From NCBI GenBank assembly GCA_963726745.1, contig CAVSDR010000002.1, positions 350,206 to 414,205 on the forward strand: a stretch of DNA of 64,000 nucleotides. Direction: 5' to 3'. The notes below the pieces were generated by a model. It was not told the DNA's origin. It saw only the letters and a list, made by a program, of their open reading frames with translations, and did not search any database. Made by a program: the position numbers and the translations under genes. Positions 21,387 to 31,397 of this stretch are shown here, piece after piece; position 1 is the first letter of the stretch, and every line of letters starts with the position of its first letter. The stretch comes from an uncultured Verrucomicrobiae bacterium. Its GTDB lineage: Bacteria > Verrucomicrobiota > Verrucomicrobiia > Chthoniobacterales > UBA10450.

Positions 21387-22324
21387 GGCTCGCGGAAACC
21401 GATCCGCTCGCGCACGAAGTAAAGCGGTCGCTGCTTCACCTCGCCGTAGATTCGGCCGACGTATTCGCCGATGATGCCTAACGAGATCAACTGCACCCCG
21501 CCCATGAAAAGGATGGCGACGAAGAGCGAGGCCCAGCCGCGCACCCAATGTGTCGGGTCCGCGAAAAGCCGGAGCAGGATCGCGTAGGTAATCCCCAGGA
21601 AAGCCAGCGCCAGCGCAACGAAGCCGGCCCAGACCGCCAGCCGCAAAGGCGCGAAGGAAAACGAAAAGATCGCGTCTGCCGCCAGCCGGAGCATCCGCAC
21701 CAGCGGATATTTCGTGGTCCCGTTGAGCCGCGGTTCGCGCCGGTAAGGCACCGCGACCTGGCGGAAGCCGACCCAGCTGACCATCCCGCGCAGGAAACGG
21801 TCCCGCTCCGGCATGCGCAGGAGCGCCTGGACGACCTCGCGATCGAGCAGGCGGAAATCGCCGGTGTCGTTAGGCAAGGCGAGGGTCGAGAGCCGGCCGG
21901 CTACGCGATAGAAAGCGGCCGCGCTTCCCCGCTTGAAGACGGTCTCGGCCGGCCGGGCTTCCCGCTGGCCATAGGCCACCTGGTAGCCTTCGAGCCAGCG
22001 GGCATACATCTGCACGATCACTTCTGGCGGATCCTGCAGGTCGGCATCCATCAGCACCACGGCCTCGCCGGCCGCGTGCTCCAGCCCCGCGGTCAGCGCC
22101 ACTTGATGACCAAAGTTCCGCGAAAGCCGCAGGCAACGCACCCGCCGGTCGGTCTCGCACAGCTGCTGGAGCAGGCGCGGTGTTTCATCCGTGCTCCCAT
22201 CGTCGACGAAGAGGAATTCGAACTCTTCCTTCGCCAGCTTTTGCGCGAGCGCATCGAGCCGCTGATGCAACTCCGGAAGCACCGCGGCTTCGTTGAAACA
22301 GGGAAGGACGATCGAGAGGAGCAT
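21383..22324 (-). CDS. Glycosyltransferase family 2 (polyprenol-phosphate glycosyltransferase, GtrB-like)
   Basis: VLPCFNE, VDDGSTD, LSRNFGHQ.A, MDADLQDPP, TGDFRLLD, two C-terminal TMs. Confidence 0.92.
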   Translation of the reverse strand: MLLSIVLPCFNEAAVLPELHQRLDALAQKLAKEEFEFLFVDDGSTDETPRLLQQLCETDRRVRCLRLSRNFGHQVALTAGLEHAAGEAVVLMDADLQDPPEVIVQMYARWLEGYQVAYGQREARPAETVFKRGSAAAFYRVAGRLSTLALPNDTGDFRLLDREVVQALLRMPERDRFLRGMVSWVGFRQVAVPYRREPRLNGTTKYPLVRMLRLAADAIFSFSFAPLRLAVWAGFVALALAFLGITYAILLRLFADPTHWVRGWASLFVAILFMGGVQLISLGIIGEYVGRIYGEVKQRPLYFVRERIGFREP

Positions 22325-22335
22325 GCGTGGTCTCG

Positions 22336-23445
22336 TTAGAAAGCCCAAAGCCCGACCGCAAAGCGAGTCGCATAAAAGGCCATCAACAGGAGCGACACGA
22401 CCGAGAGGAGTTGTCCGACCAGGCGCCGGCCATTGGCCGCGCGCGCCAGGAGCAGGAAAATCGGGAATAACGTAAGCGCATAACGCGGCACGCTCAGGAC
22501 GAAACTCGTGCTCGTGAAGAGCAGCCAATTACCCGTCATCCAGACGGAGTAGCTCAGCCGCAGCCGGAACCAGCACCAGATGGTGCAGCCTAGAGTCAGC
22601 AAGATGTAGAGGAACTCCTGCGTGCCTTCGATCGAGTTCACCTCGTCGATCCGGTCCCACACTTCCGCGATCCCGATCCAGGGTGGCGTCAGTTTTTTGA
22701 ACCAGACCTCCTCCATGATTGGACTAAAGGCGAAGGCATTGCCGGCAACCCGGTAGTTCACGCCGAGGTAAACCAGGAAGCCGGCCGGGACGAGCGCGAT
22801 CCAAAGCCAGCACCAGGAGAATCTCCCCGCGGCGCGGCCTTGCAGGAACGCTTCCGCCGCGAGCACCGGGAGGAGGAGCAGGCCATTCACGCGCGTGAGC
22901 GTCGCGGCCGCGCCAAGCGCGCCGGCGAGCAGCCAGCGATTTCGCCGCGCGGCCAGGAGAGCGCCGAGGGTGCAGGCCAGGAAAAGCGACTCCGTGTAGG
23001 CGATGTGGAGGAAGTAAGCGGTGGGAAAAATTGCCAGGAACCAAACCGCCCGGCGCGCCACCGCCGGGCTCTCATCCAGGGCTGCGAGGTGGCGCAACAG
23101 CATCGCCGCCGCGAACAAGGCGAGCCCGGAAACAACGAAGGCCGCCAGGAGGTAATCGCGCAGGACGAAATGGGCCGCGCGCACCAACCAGGGGTAGAGC
23201 GGGTAGAACACCAGCGAAGCCCGCGCTTCGCCGATTGCCTGGTAGCCTTGCTCCGCCAGGCGCAGGTAGTGGACCGCATCCCAGCGTGTCCAGACTTCCA
23301 GCACGCCGGGATAGGGACGGTCGCGCGCGGTGAAAACCTGCACGCCCAGGTAAAGCAGCATCGCCTTCACTCCGAGCAGCAGCGCCACCGTCTCCCAATC
23401 CCAGCCGCGCACCTGCGACCACCACCCCTTCCCCGGATTGTTCAC
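22336..23445 (-). CDS. GT-C membrane mannosyltransferase-like protein (PIG-V-like)
   Basis: WDA.HY..LAE.GY, FYPLYPWL, YTESLFL, TR.NG; polytopic; operon with GT2. Confidence 0.8.
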   Translation of the reverse strand: MNNPGKGWWSQVRGWDWETVALLLGVKAMLLYLGVQVFTARDRPYPGVLEVWTRWDAVHYLRLAEQGYQAIGEARASLVFYPLYPWLVRAAHFVLRDYLLAAFVVSGLALFAAAMLLRHLAALDESPAVARRAVWFLAIFPTAYFLHIAYTESLFLACTLGALLAARRNRWLLAGALGAAATLTRVNGLLLLPVLAAEAFLQGRAAGRFSWCWLWIALVPAGFLVYLGVNYRVAGNAFAFSPIMEEVWFKKLTPPWIGIAEVWDRIDEVNSIEGTQEFLYILLTLGCTIWCWFRLRLSYSVWMTGNWLLFTSTSFVLSVPRYALTLFPIFLLLARAANGRRLVGQLLSVVSLLLMAFYATRFAVGLWAF

Positions 23446-23601
23446 CGAGTCGGTAGTAAACGAAGGCGCCCCGGAGCGTCGAGGATTTGCGCGGGCGCGC
23501 GGCGCTCGTCAGGGCGCGACGAAACCCTCTTGCTGCTTGAATAGACAGCGACTTCGCCTGAGAAGATTCTTTGGGTCCGCTGACCCGATTCAGAAGGAAA
23601 G

Positions 23602-24507
23602 ATGAGTCACACTCGATCAATCAGCCTGCGCCGGCTCTTGCAGCAAACCGCGATCGAGTGGTGGAACGACAATACCTTTCGCCTCGCGGCTTCGGTGGCG
23701 TTCTACACCATCTTCTCGCTCGCGCCGGTGCTCCTGATCGCGGTCGGCATTGCCAGCCTTTTTCTGGAACGCGCGGCCGCGGTCGACCAGATCGTGCGCG
23801 AAGTCGAGCGCCTGACCGGCAAGGAAGGGGCCACGGTCGTGCGCCAGGTCCTCGGTTCCGCCGAAGGCCTGGGCCACGGGACCTGGGCGATCGTGGTCGG
23901 CGCGGTCACGTTATTTCTCGGCTCGTCGGTGGTTTTCGCCGAGCTGCAATCCGCGCTCAACCGCATCTGGGATGTGAAAAGCGAGGTGAAGCGCGGCTTT
24001 ATCCTCGATCTCGTATTCGACCGGCTGCGCTCTTTCTCGATCGCGCTCACGGTCGGCTTTCTCCTCCTGGTTTCGCTGGCTTTGAGCGCGGCGCTCAGCG
24101 GCCTGCAAGATTACCTTACGCAATGGATGCCGAGCGTCCCGTGGCTCTGGCAGGCGGCGAACAACGGCATCTCCTTCCTCGTCGTGGCCGTTCTCTTCGC
24201 GATGATCTACAAGTATCTCCCCGATGCCGAAATCGAGTGGCGCGATGTCTGGATCGGCGCCGGCGTAACCTCGGTGCTCTTCACGATCGGGAAATATCTC
24301 ATCGGGATTTACCTCGGGCGGACGGCGGTCGCGAGCAGCTTCGGCGCGGCCGGGTCCTTTGCGGTCCTGCTCATTTGGATTTACTACTCGGCCTTGATCA
24401 GTTTCTTCGGCGCGGAGTTTACCCAGGTCTATTCGCGGCAGCGTGGGGTCCGCATTCAACCAGAAGCGCACGCCGAGCGCGCCGGCAAAAAGAACGGCCA
24501 CTCATGA
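23602..24507 (+). CDS. YihY/virulence factor BrkB family membrane protein
   Basis: AASVAFYTIFSLAP, LQ.ALN.IW, YK.LPD, FGAAGS...LL.W.YYS.....FGAE. Confidence 0.92.
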   Translation: MSHTRSISLRRLLQQTAIEWWNDNTFRLAASVAFYTIFSLAPVLLIAVGIASLFLERAAAVDQIVREVERLTGKEGATVVRQVLGSAEGLGHGTWAIVVGAVTLFLGSSVVFAELQSALNRIWDVKSEVKRGFILDLVFDRLRSFSIALTVGFLLLVSLALSAALSGLQDYLTQWMPSVPWLWQAANNGISFLVVAVLFAMIYKYLPDAEIEWRDVWIGAGVTSVLFTIGKYLIGIYLGRTAVASSFGAAGSFAVLLIWIYYSALISFFGAEFTQVYSRQRGVRIQPEAHAERAGKKNGHS

Positions 24508-25823
24508 ACACCCTCTTTCTCGCCTGGCTGGACCGCTTGCGCACCAGCTACTGGTTCATTCCTGCGCTCATGGCGGTGGGCGCGATCGGGCTTTCCTTTG
24601 GAACGGTGCACGTCGACACGCTGGTGCAGGCGAGCTGGGTGCGGCACCACAGTTGGATCTGGGGCGGCGGCCCCGAAGGCGCGCGCAGCGTGCTCGCCAC
24701 GGTCGCCGGCAGCACCATCACCGTGGCGGGCGTGGTCTTCTCGATCACGATTGTGGCCCTCACGCTCGCTTCCTCGCAATTCGGCCCGCGGCTCCTGCGC
24801 AACTTCATGGACGATCGCGGCACGCAGACGGTCCTGGGCGTCTTCGTGGCCACCTTCCTCTATTGCCTGTTGGTCCTGCGCACCATCCGCGGGACCGATG
24901 CCACCACCTTCATCCCGTTCATCTCCGTTACCTGCGGCATCGTCTTCTCGGTGATCAGTCTTGGCTTCCTGATTTACTTCATTCACCACGTGCCCAGCTC
25001 GATCCTCGCGGAGAACTTGATCGCGCGGGTCGCGGGCGAGTTGCAGGATAAAATCGCATCGCTCTACCCGGAAGATGCGGGGGATAAACCGGAGCGCGCG
25101 CTGCCGGAGCTGCCGGTGGCGTTCGACGCCGAGGCGCACCGCATCCTCGCCCGCGACAGCGGCTACATCCAGGCCGTGGGGCTCGAGTCGCTGCTCGAGC
25201 TTGCCGAAAAGCGCGACCTGGTCGTGCGCCTGCCGCGGCGGCCCGGGAGTTTCGTCGCCGCAGGCTCGGTCCTTGCGGAAGTCTGGCCGCGCCGGGAAGC
25301 CGGGGCCGCAGTCGTCGAGCAGATCCAGTCGGCGTTTTTCCTCGGGCCGCAGCGCACCCCGACCCAGGATGTCGAGTATTGTGTCGATCAACTGGTGGAA
25401 GTGGCGGTGCGCGCGCTCTCGCCCGGGATTAACGACCCCTTTACCGCCATCTCCTGCATCGAGTGGCTCGGCGTCGGCTTAATTCAGCTCTCGCGCCGGC
25501 GCATGCCCGCGCCGCAGCGCGTGGGCGAGGATGGCCGGCTTCACTTGGTGGCCGATACGCCCACTTTTGCCGGGGTGGCCGATGCCGCCTTGAACCAAAT
25601 CCGCCAATATGGCAGCAGCAGCGTGGCCGTAGTCTTGCGGTTGCTCGAGGTCATCGGCCGGGTCGGCCGCGAGGTGAAGCACCCGCGCCATCTCGAAGTG
25701 CTCCTGGCGCATGCGCGCAAGATCCACCGCGACGGGATCGCGCGGACGGAGAACCCGCAGGACAAGGCGGAGATCGACGAGCGCCTCACCGCCACCGAGG
25801 CCATCCTCGAGCCGGCTGCCTAA
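24504..25823 (+). CDS. DUF2254 family membrane protein
   Basis: S.WF.P, FSIT.VAL.LASSQFGPRLLRNF, A.RALSPGINDP.TA; ATGA overlap with yihY-like gene. Confidence 0.88.
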   Translation: MNTLFLAWLDRLRTSYWFIPALMAVGAIGLSFGTVHVDTLVQASWVRHHSWIWGGGPEGARSVLATVAGSTITVAGVVFSITIVALTLASSQFGPRLLRNFMDDRGTQTVLGVFVATFLYCLLVLRTIRGTDATTFIPFISVTCGIVFSVISLGFLIYFIHHVPSSILAENLIARVAGELQDKIASLYPEDAGDKPERALPELPVAFDAEAHRILARDSGYIQAVGLESLLELAEKRDLVVRLPRRPGSFVAAGSVLAEVWPRREAGAAVVEQIQSAFFLGPQRTPTQDVEYCVDQLVEVAVRALSPGINDPFTAISCIEWLGVGLIQLSRRRMPAPQRVGEDGRLHLVADTPTFAGVADAALNQIRQYGSSSVAVVLRLLEVIGRVGREVKHPRHLEVLLAHARKIHRDGIARTENPQDKAEIDERLTATEAILEPAA

Positions 25824-25871
25824 CGAGCGCAATGGTGCATCCTTCCGCGGGCCCGCGGGCGAACTCCAGCT

Positions 25872-26057
25872 ATGCCTGCAAAAAAGAAAGCTCCCTGGAA
25901 AAAAGCTGCCCCGAAGAGCGCGAAGCACACCAAGCTATCGCCCCAGAGTAAAGCCAAGGCGAAGGCGAGCGCGAAGCGCGCCGGCCGCGATTACCCAAAT
26001 TTAGTCGACAACATGAAAGCGGCGAAGCAACAGCGCGCGCGCAAAAAGAAGAGTTAA
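25872..26057 (+). CDS. Small Lys/Ala-rich basic protein
   Basis: 61-aa ORF with AKRAGR.YPNLVDNM core. Confidence 0.65.
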   Translation: MPAKKKAPWKKAAPKSAKHTKLSPQSKAKAKASAKRAGRDYPNLVDNMKAAKQQRARKKKS

Positions 26058-26067
26058 GGTTGCGCTT

Positions 26068-26916
26068 CTGAAAACGAGCCGCCTCCTCGCCGCTACCGCG
26101 CTGGCGCTGCTCGCCTTTGCCGCAAATTCCCTCCTCTGCCGGCTGGCCTTGCGCGAGACGGCGATCGATCCCGCGAGCTTCACCGCGGTGCGGATCGCCA
26201 GTGGCGCGCTCGTGCTCTCGGCTCTCGTTAGGCTGCGGGGCGGCTCGAGCGTGGGCGCGGGCACTTGGCTCTCCGCGGCGGCGCTCTTCGTTTACGCGGC
26301 GGCTTTCTCCTTTGCTTATCGCACTCTTTCCGCGGGCACGGGCGCACTCCTGCTTTTCGGCGCGGTCCAGGCGACGATGATTCTCTGGGGCTTTCGCCGT
26401 GGCGAACGGCTCCGCGGAGCGCAATGGGCCGGCTTGCTCGCGGCCGGCGCCGGCCTCGTCCTCCTCCTCTTTCCGGGAGTCACCGCGCCGCCGCTTCCGG
26501 GCGCGCTCTTGATGCTTGCGGCCGGCGTCGCCTGGGGCGTTTACTCGCTGCGCGGCCGGGGCCGTGGCGATCCGGCGCGCGCGACCGCGGGCAATTTCCT
26601 GCGCGCGCTGCCGCTGGCCATCTTGCTGGCTGTTTTTGCGTTTCCCAGCCTGCGGCTCGACCGCGCGGGCGTGGGCTATGCGGTCGCCTCGGGCGCGTTC
26701 GCTTCCGGGTTTGGCTACATTCTCTGGTATGCCGCGCTCCCGCACCTGCGCGCGGCCAGCGCGGCCACGGTGCAGCTGAGCGTGCCGGTGCTGACCGCAT
26801 TTGGCGGCATCCTCTTGTTAGGCGAAACGCCTTCGCTGCGCTTCGTCCTGGCTGCGCTCGCCGTCCTCGGCGGGATCGCGCTGGTCGTGAGCGCCCGGCC
26901 GCCCCGGCCCACTTAG
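26068..26916 (+). CDS. DMT/EamA family transporter (start uncertain; frame extends upstream of 26149)
   Basis: In-frame AFAANSLLCR upstream of the called ORF; about 10 TMs; QLSVPV. Confidence 0.85.
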   Translation: MKTSRLLAATALALLAFAANSLLCRLALRETAIDPASFTAVRIASGALVLSALVRLRGGSSVGAGTWLSAAALFVYAAAFSFAYRTLSAGTGALLLFGAVQATMILWGFRRGERLRGAQWAGLLAAGAGLVLLLFPGVTAPPLPGALLMLAAGVAWGVYSLRGRGRGDPARATAGNFLRALPLAILLAVFAFPSLRLDRAGVGYAVASGAFASGFGYILWYAALPHLRAASAATVQLSVPVLTAFGGILLLGETPSLRFVLAALAVLGGIALVVSARPPRPT

Positions 26917-26968
26917 CCAGCGACTTCATCCTTCCCACGCGCCCGGCGCGCTGCTAACTCCAGCGCCT

Positions 26969-28075
26969 GTGAAACGGCTCGTCTGGCTCGATATTTCCAA
27001 AGGTCTCGCGATCCTGACGGTGGTTTATTTTCACTTCTTCCGGACCTACTTCGAGCATGGCGTGCTCCCGCCGGCGGATTGGAGCCATGCCGGGAGCGCC
27101 GTCATCTCCGCGCTCCGGATCGCGTGGCTTTGGACCAGCGGTCTGGGGTTTCACGCGGTGGGCGTTTTTATCATCCTCGGCGGCTGGGCGCTCACGCAAG
27201 CGACCGCGCGCAAAGCCGAGCGCGGCGGGATTGCCTGGGGCGGTTGGTATCGCGCGCGGCTCCTGCGGCTTTACCCGATGTATTGGGTCGCGCACCTCGT
27301 CTATCTGCTTTCGCCTTTCGTCGCCCGCTTCGAGCAAGTCGATGGCCGGATCGTGCTCAGCCTGCTCGGGCTGCGCTTCGTCGACATCAGCATGAACTTT
27401 TTCTACCTGAACGCGGCCTGGTGGTATTTCAGCATGCTGATTCAATTTTACCTGCTCTTTCCCCTGCTCTTCGCGGCTTTGCGCAAGGTCGGGCCGCTCG
27501 CCTTTCTCCTCGCTGCCTGCGCGCTCGGCTTCGCGGTGCGTTATCTCCTGCTCTTCCCTTACCCGGCCGATGGCATGTGGATCCTGGGCGGTTTCGCGAT
27601 TTGCCGGCTGCCGGAGTTTGCCCTCGGGATGTCGTTAGGCATCTGGTGCGCGCGCGCGCCCGAGCGGGTGGAGCGTTTTCTCCTCGGCGGCCTGGGACTG
27701 CTCGCGGGCGTGGTCCTCTATCCTGCGGCGCTCCGGCTCTACGCGAATGGTTACACCTACATCTTCGTCGACTTCGCCACCGGCGTTTGCTGCTGCCTGG
27801 TGACGGTGGGCGTGGCCGGCTTGCTCGCGCGTTGGAAGTGGTCGGCTAAAATTTTTGCGCTCGTAGGCGTCTACTCCTACGGCATCTACCTGATCCATCA
27901 TCCCTACGTCATCTGGCTCGGCTTCCGCGTGCGCGAGCAGCCGATCTGGCTCTTCCTCCTCACGTGTGTGGGAACGCTCGCGGTCATCAGTCTCTGGGCG
28001 ATCTCGCTGGAAAAAACGACCAACGCCCTGCTCCAGCGCCTCCCGCTTTTCTCCCAGCGAAACGCGCGCGCGTAA
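26969..28075 (+). CDS. Acyltransferase family 3 (OafA-like)
   Basis: LD..KGLAI..V...H, V.VF..L.G, R..RLYP.YW, WW......QFYLLFP, SY..YL.H. Confidence 0.88.
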   Translation: MKRLVWLDISKGLAILTVVYFHFFRTYFEHGVLPPADWSHAGSAVISALRIAWLWTSGLGFHAVGVFIILGGWALTQATARKAERGGIAWGGWYRARLLRLYPMYWVAHLVYLLSPFVARFEQVDGRIVLSLLGLRFVDISMNFFYLNAAWWYFSMLIQFYLLFPLLFAALRKVGPLAFLLAACALGFAVRYLLLFPYPADGMWILGGFAICRLPEFALGMSLGIWCARAPERVERFLLGGLGLLAGVVLYPAALRLYANGYTYIFVDFATGVCCCLVTVGVAGLLARWKWSAKIFALVGVYSYGIYLIHHPYVIWLGFRVREQPIWLFLLTCVGTLAVISLWAISLEKTTNALLQRLPLFSQRNARA

Positions 28076-28119
28076 TTTGGCTTGTTGCGTTCCGCGGCGC
28101 AGCCGACGCTGCGCAGCAC

Positions 28120-29289
28120 ATGAGCACCACTGAGTCCGCGGTAGTCTATTCTTCGGCTGACGAAAGCGCGGCGGCTGGTCGCGAATTGGGCGAGCAGATC
28201 CGCGCGGGGCTCTCCGGTGCGCCGGACGCCGTGGTGCTGTTTGTCTCTCCGAAATACGACGCGCCGGTGCTCGTGCGCGCGCTCCAGGAAGATTGTGCGC
28301 CGAAGGTCCTCGTCGGCTGTTCCTCCGCGGGCGAATTTACCAGCGAGACGCAAGGTGTGGGCCGCGCCTGCGCGGTCGCGCTCAAGTCGACCGACCTGGT
28401 CTTCACCGCCGGCATCGGCCACGGCATTGGCCAAAGTCGCGAAAAAGTGGCCGAGGCGATGTCGGCCCATTTCAAGTGCGGCGAGAATCCGCAGCAAAAA
28501 TATTGCGCCGCGCTCATCCTGACCGACGCCCTCGCCGGACATGCCGATGAGTTGATCGAGGAGCTCACGCGCATCACCGGCGGCGACCACCAATTCTTCG
28601 GCGGCGGCGCGGGCGACGATGCCAATTTCCGGCGCACCCAGGTGTTCTGCGGCGAGGAATTCGGGACCGATGCGGCGGTCGGGCTCGAGATCATTTCCTC
28701 GCGGCCGATCGGCATCGGCGTGCGCCATGGCTGGACCCCGGCGACCCCGCCGATGCGCGTGACCGAGTCCAGCGGCGCCGTGCTTGTGAGCTTGAATGCC
28801 ACGCCCATCCTCGAGGTCTTCGAGGAACATGCGCGCCACACCAGCCAGCACTTTGACCGGAACGATCCGCTCCCGTTTTTCCTGCACAACATCATCGGGA
28901 TCGATACCGGCAGCGGCTACAAGCTGCGGGTGCCGCTGGCGGCCCAGGCCGATGGCTCCATTCTCTGCGCGGCCGAGATTCCCTCGGGCACTGCGGTCTG
29001 CATCATGACCACCGATGCCGCCGCCGCGCGCGATGCCGCGGCCGAGGCCACGCGCGCAGCAGTCGCGCAGCTCCACGGGCACAAGCCGCAAGTAGCGCTC
29101 TTCTTCGATTGCGTGGCCACGCGCCTGCGCATGGGCCGCGAGTTCGGGATGGAGCTCGATGCCCTCCGCGAGGTCCTCGGCCCGACCGCCTTTGCCGGTT
29201 GCAACACCTACGGCCAGGTCGCGCGCACCGAGGGCCAGTTCAACGGCTTCCATAATTGCACCGCGGTCGTCTGCGTCCTGCCGTCGTGA
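28120..29289 (+). CDS. FIST-domain signal transduction protein
   Basis: GCSSAGE, GGGAGD, HGW.P, FDC..R, G..TYGQ...FHN.T. Confidence 0.88.
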   Translation: MSTTESAVVYSSADESAAAGRELGEQIRAGLSGAPDAVVLFVSPKYDAPVLVRALQEDCAPKVLVGCSSAGEFTSETQGVGRACAVALKSTDLVFTAGIGHGIGQSREKVAEAMSAHFKCGENPQQKYCAALILTDALAGHADELIEELTRITGGDHQFFGGGAGDDANFRRTQVFCGEEFGTDAAVGLEIISSRPIGIGVRHGWTPATPPMRVTESSGAVLVSLNATPILEVFEEHARHTSQHFDRNDPLPFFLHNIIGIDTGSGYKLRVPLAAQADGSILCAAEIPSGTAVCIMTTDAAAARDAAAEATRAAVAQLHGHKPQVALFFDCVATRLRMGREFGMELDALREVLGPTAFAGCNTYGQVARTEGQFNGFHNCTAVVCVLPS

Positions 29290-29293
29290 TCCC

Positions 29294-30934
29294 TTGAACG
29301 ATCCCCGCTCCGCTCTCCTGGCGCTGGTCGCGCGCCTCACCAGTCCAGGCACGCGCCGCGCGGTCGCGCGCGAGCTGGCTGGGCGGGCCGGCGCGCAAGA
29401 CTTGCTTATCTTCATTGCCGATGCCGACTTCGGCGTGCTCCTGCCGGCGCCCGGTTTCCCGCAAACGCTCCCGCGCGGGCGCGAGTGGCAGCGCTTTCTC
29501 GAGCGGGTCGCGCGCGAGCCGTTTCACCAGGCGGAAATGCCGGTCGCGGGTGAACCTTTGCCGCTGCTCGCGACCGGGATCTCGGCGGAGGATGGCTCCG
29601 CCCTCGTCCTTCTCGGCGGGGCGCCGCGGCAGGCCGAGGCGCGGGATATTTGCCTGCTCCTCCCGATCGTGGCTGCCGCTTTCCGCGGTGAACGCACTGC
29701 CGCCTATGCCGCCGCGCAGGCCACGGTCGCGCGCCGCGCGGCGAACGAAGCCCGTCTGCTCGCGGCCTCGCTCGACCAGACGCGCACCGAGCTCCGGCGC
29801 AGCCTGGTCGAGGCGCAACGCGCAAACGCCGCCAAGGATCGCTTCCTTGCCGTGCTCAGCCACGAGCTGCGCACGCCATTGAATCCAGTGCTCATGGCCG
29901 CGAGCGCGATGGAAACCGATCCGCATCTGCCGGTGGAGATTCGCGCGGATATCTCGATGATCCGCCGCAACGTCGAGCTGGAAGCTAAATTAATCGACGA
30001 CCTCCTCGACCTGACCCGCATCGCCAACGGCAAGGTGCAGCTCCAACGAAGAATCGTGGACGCGCACGATCTGCTCGAGGAAGCGACCGCGGTGGTGCGG
30101 GGCGATCCTTCCACGCCGCAGCCGCGGATCGAGCTGGAGCTCCACGCGCCGCAGCCGCACGTCGATGGCGACCCTGCGCGCTTCCAGCAGATCGTCTGGA
30201 ACCTCATTCGCAACAGCGTCAAATTCACCCCCGCCGAGGGCCACGTGACCGTGCGCACCTCGAACCAGGACGGGCTCCTGCGCATCCAGGTTTGCGATAC
30301 CGGCATCGGCATCGACGCCGAGTCGCTGCCTAAAATTTTTAACGCCTTCGAGCAGCTCGAGATCGAGCGGAACCACGCCTTCGGCGGGCTCGGCCTGGGC
30401 CTGGCGATCTCGCGCTCACTCGCGGAGATGCACGGCGGCACCCTTACCGCGAGCAGCGGTGGCCCTGGGCGCGGCGCCTGTTTCACCTTCGAGTTGCCGA
30501 GCGCCACCGGCGACGTCGCCGCGCGCGCCCCCGCTTTGCCCGGGCCGGCGGAGTCGGAGCTGCGGCGCATTCTCCTGGTGGAAGATCACCCGACCACCGC
30601 TGCGCTCATGGCGCGCCTCCTGCGCAAGCGCGGCCACCATGTGGAAGTGGCGCACACCAAGGCCGAGGCGCTCCAGCTCGGCCGCACGCAAACCTTCGAC
30701 ATTCTCATCAGCGATCTCGGATTGCCCGATGGGAATGGCTACGAAGTTATCGCCGCTCTGCGTGCCAGCTCCGCCATTCCCGGGATCGCGCTCAGTGGTT
30801 ACGGAATGGAATCCGATGTCGCGCAAAGCGCCGCCGCCGGCTTCCAGCATCACCTCACGAAACCGGTGGACGCGCAGAAGCTCTTCCAGACGATCGAGAG
30901 CGTGCGGTTGCAGGACGGCGCGAGCGCGGGCTAG
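29294..30934 (+). CDS. Hybrid sensor histidine kinase/response regulator
   Basis: SHELRTPL H-box, N/G boxes (DTGIG, GLGLGL), C-terminal REC; probable TTG start at 29294. Confidence 0.92.
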   Translation: MNDPRSALLALVARLTSPGTRRAVARELAGRAGAQDLLIFIADADFGVLLPAPGFPQTLPRGREWQRFLERVAREPFHQAEMPVAGEPLPLLATGISAEDGSALVLLGGAPRQAEARDICLLLPIVAAAFRGERTAAYAAAQATVARRAANEARLLAASLDQTRTELRRSLVEAQRANAAKDRFLAVLSHELRTPLNPVLMAASAMETDPHLPVEIRADISMIRRNVELEAKLIDDLLDLTRIANGKVQLQRRIVDAHDLLEEATAVVRGDPSTPQPRIELELHAPQPHVDGDPARFQQIVWNLIRNSVKFTPAEGHVTVRTSNQDGLLRIQVCDTGIGIDAESLPKIFNAFEQLEIERNHAFGGLGLGLAISRSLAEMHGGTLTASSGGPGRGACFTFELPSATGDVAARAPALPGPAESELRRILLVEDHPTTAALMARLLRKRGHHVEVAHTKAEALQLGRTQTFDILISDLGLPDGNGYEVIAALRASSAIPGIALSGYGMESDVAQSAAAGFQHHLTKPVDAQKLFQTIESVRLQDGASAG

Positions 30935-30942
30935 CTTGCCGC

Positions 30943-31392
30943 ATGCCATCCGCACCCGATCTCACCCAGCGCCCGCCGCGCAGCCCGCGCGTCCGTCTTG
31001 GCGGCTACGTCCTTCTCGCCCGCATCCTCGATAAAGGCCGCGCCGCGAAAGCTGGCCAGCTCGGCGAGTACAAATACAACAATCCGCTCGATCATCATTG
31101 GTTCCGCTTCACCGGGATCACCGCGGAGCAACTACAGGAGCAAATCGCAGCCGGGAAAGGCGACGGCGAAATCCTCCAGTGGGTCGAGGCGAATGCGCCT
31201 GCGAAACGCACCCCGTGGGAAATCCAGCAGTGGAGCGCGTATCACAACGAACGCGGCCCCGATAGCGATGCCGAGACGCTCGCTTTCTTCGCGAAGGCGG
31301 TGGGCGAGCTCAGCGCCACGCGCGAAGACGTCCGCACCTGGTTCGATTACCTCGACCTCGACGATCACGTCACTTTCGGCGGCCAACCTTAG
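30943..31392 (+). CDS. DUF5069-like protein
   Basis: DLTQRPPRSPR..LGG...L.R.LDK.RA...G.LGEY.Y..PLD. Confidence 0.8.
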   Translation: MPSAPDLTQRPPRSPRVRLGGYVLLARILDKGRAAKAGQLGEYKYNNPLDHHWFRFTGITAEQLQEQIAAGKGDGEILQWVEANAPAKRTPWEIQQWSAYHNERGPDSDAETLAFFAKAVGELSATREDVRTWFDYLDLDDHVTFGGQP

Positions 31393-31397
31393 CGGCC

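Noticed and set aside
23571..24503. Long N-terminal extension of the DUF2254 ORF (750 aa), and likewise 12320-12898 of the protease
   Set aside because: Shadow frames overlapping real upstream genes; better starts at 24504 and 12899.
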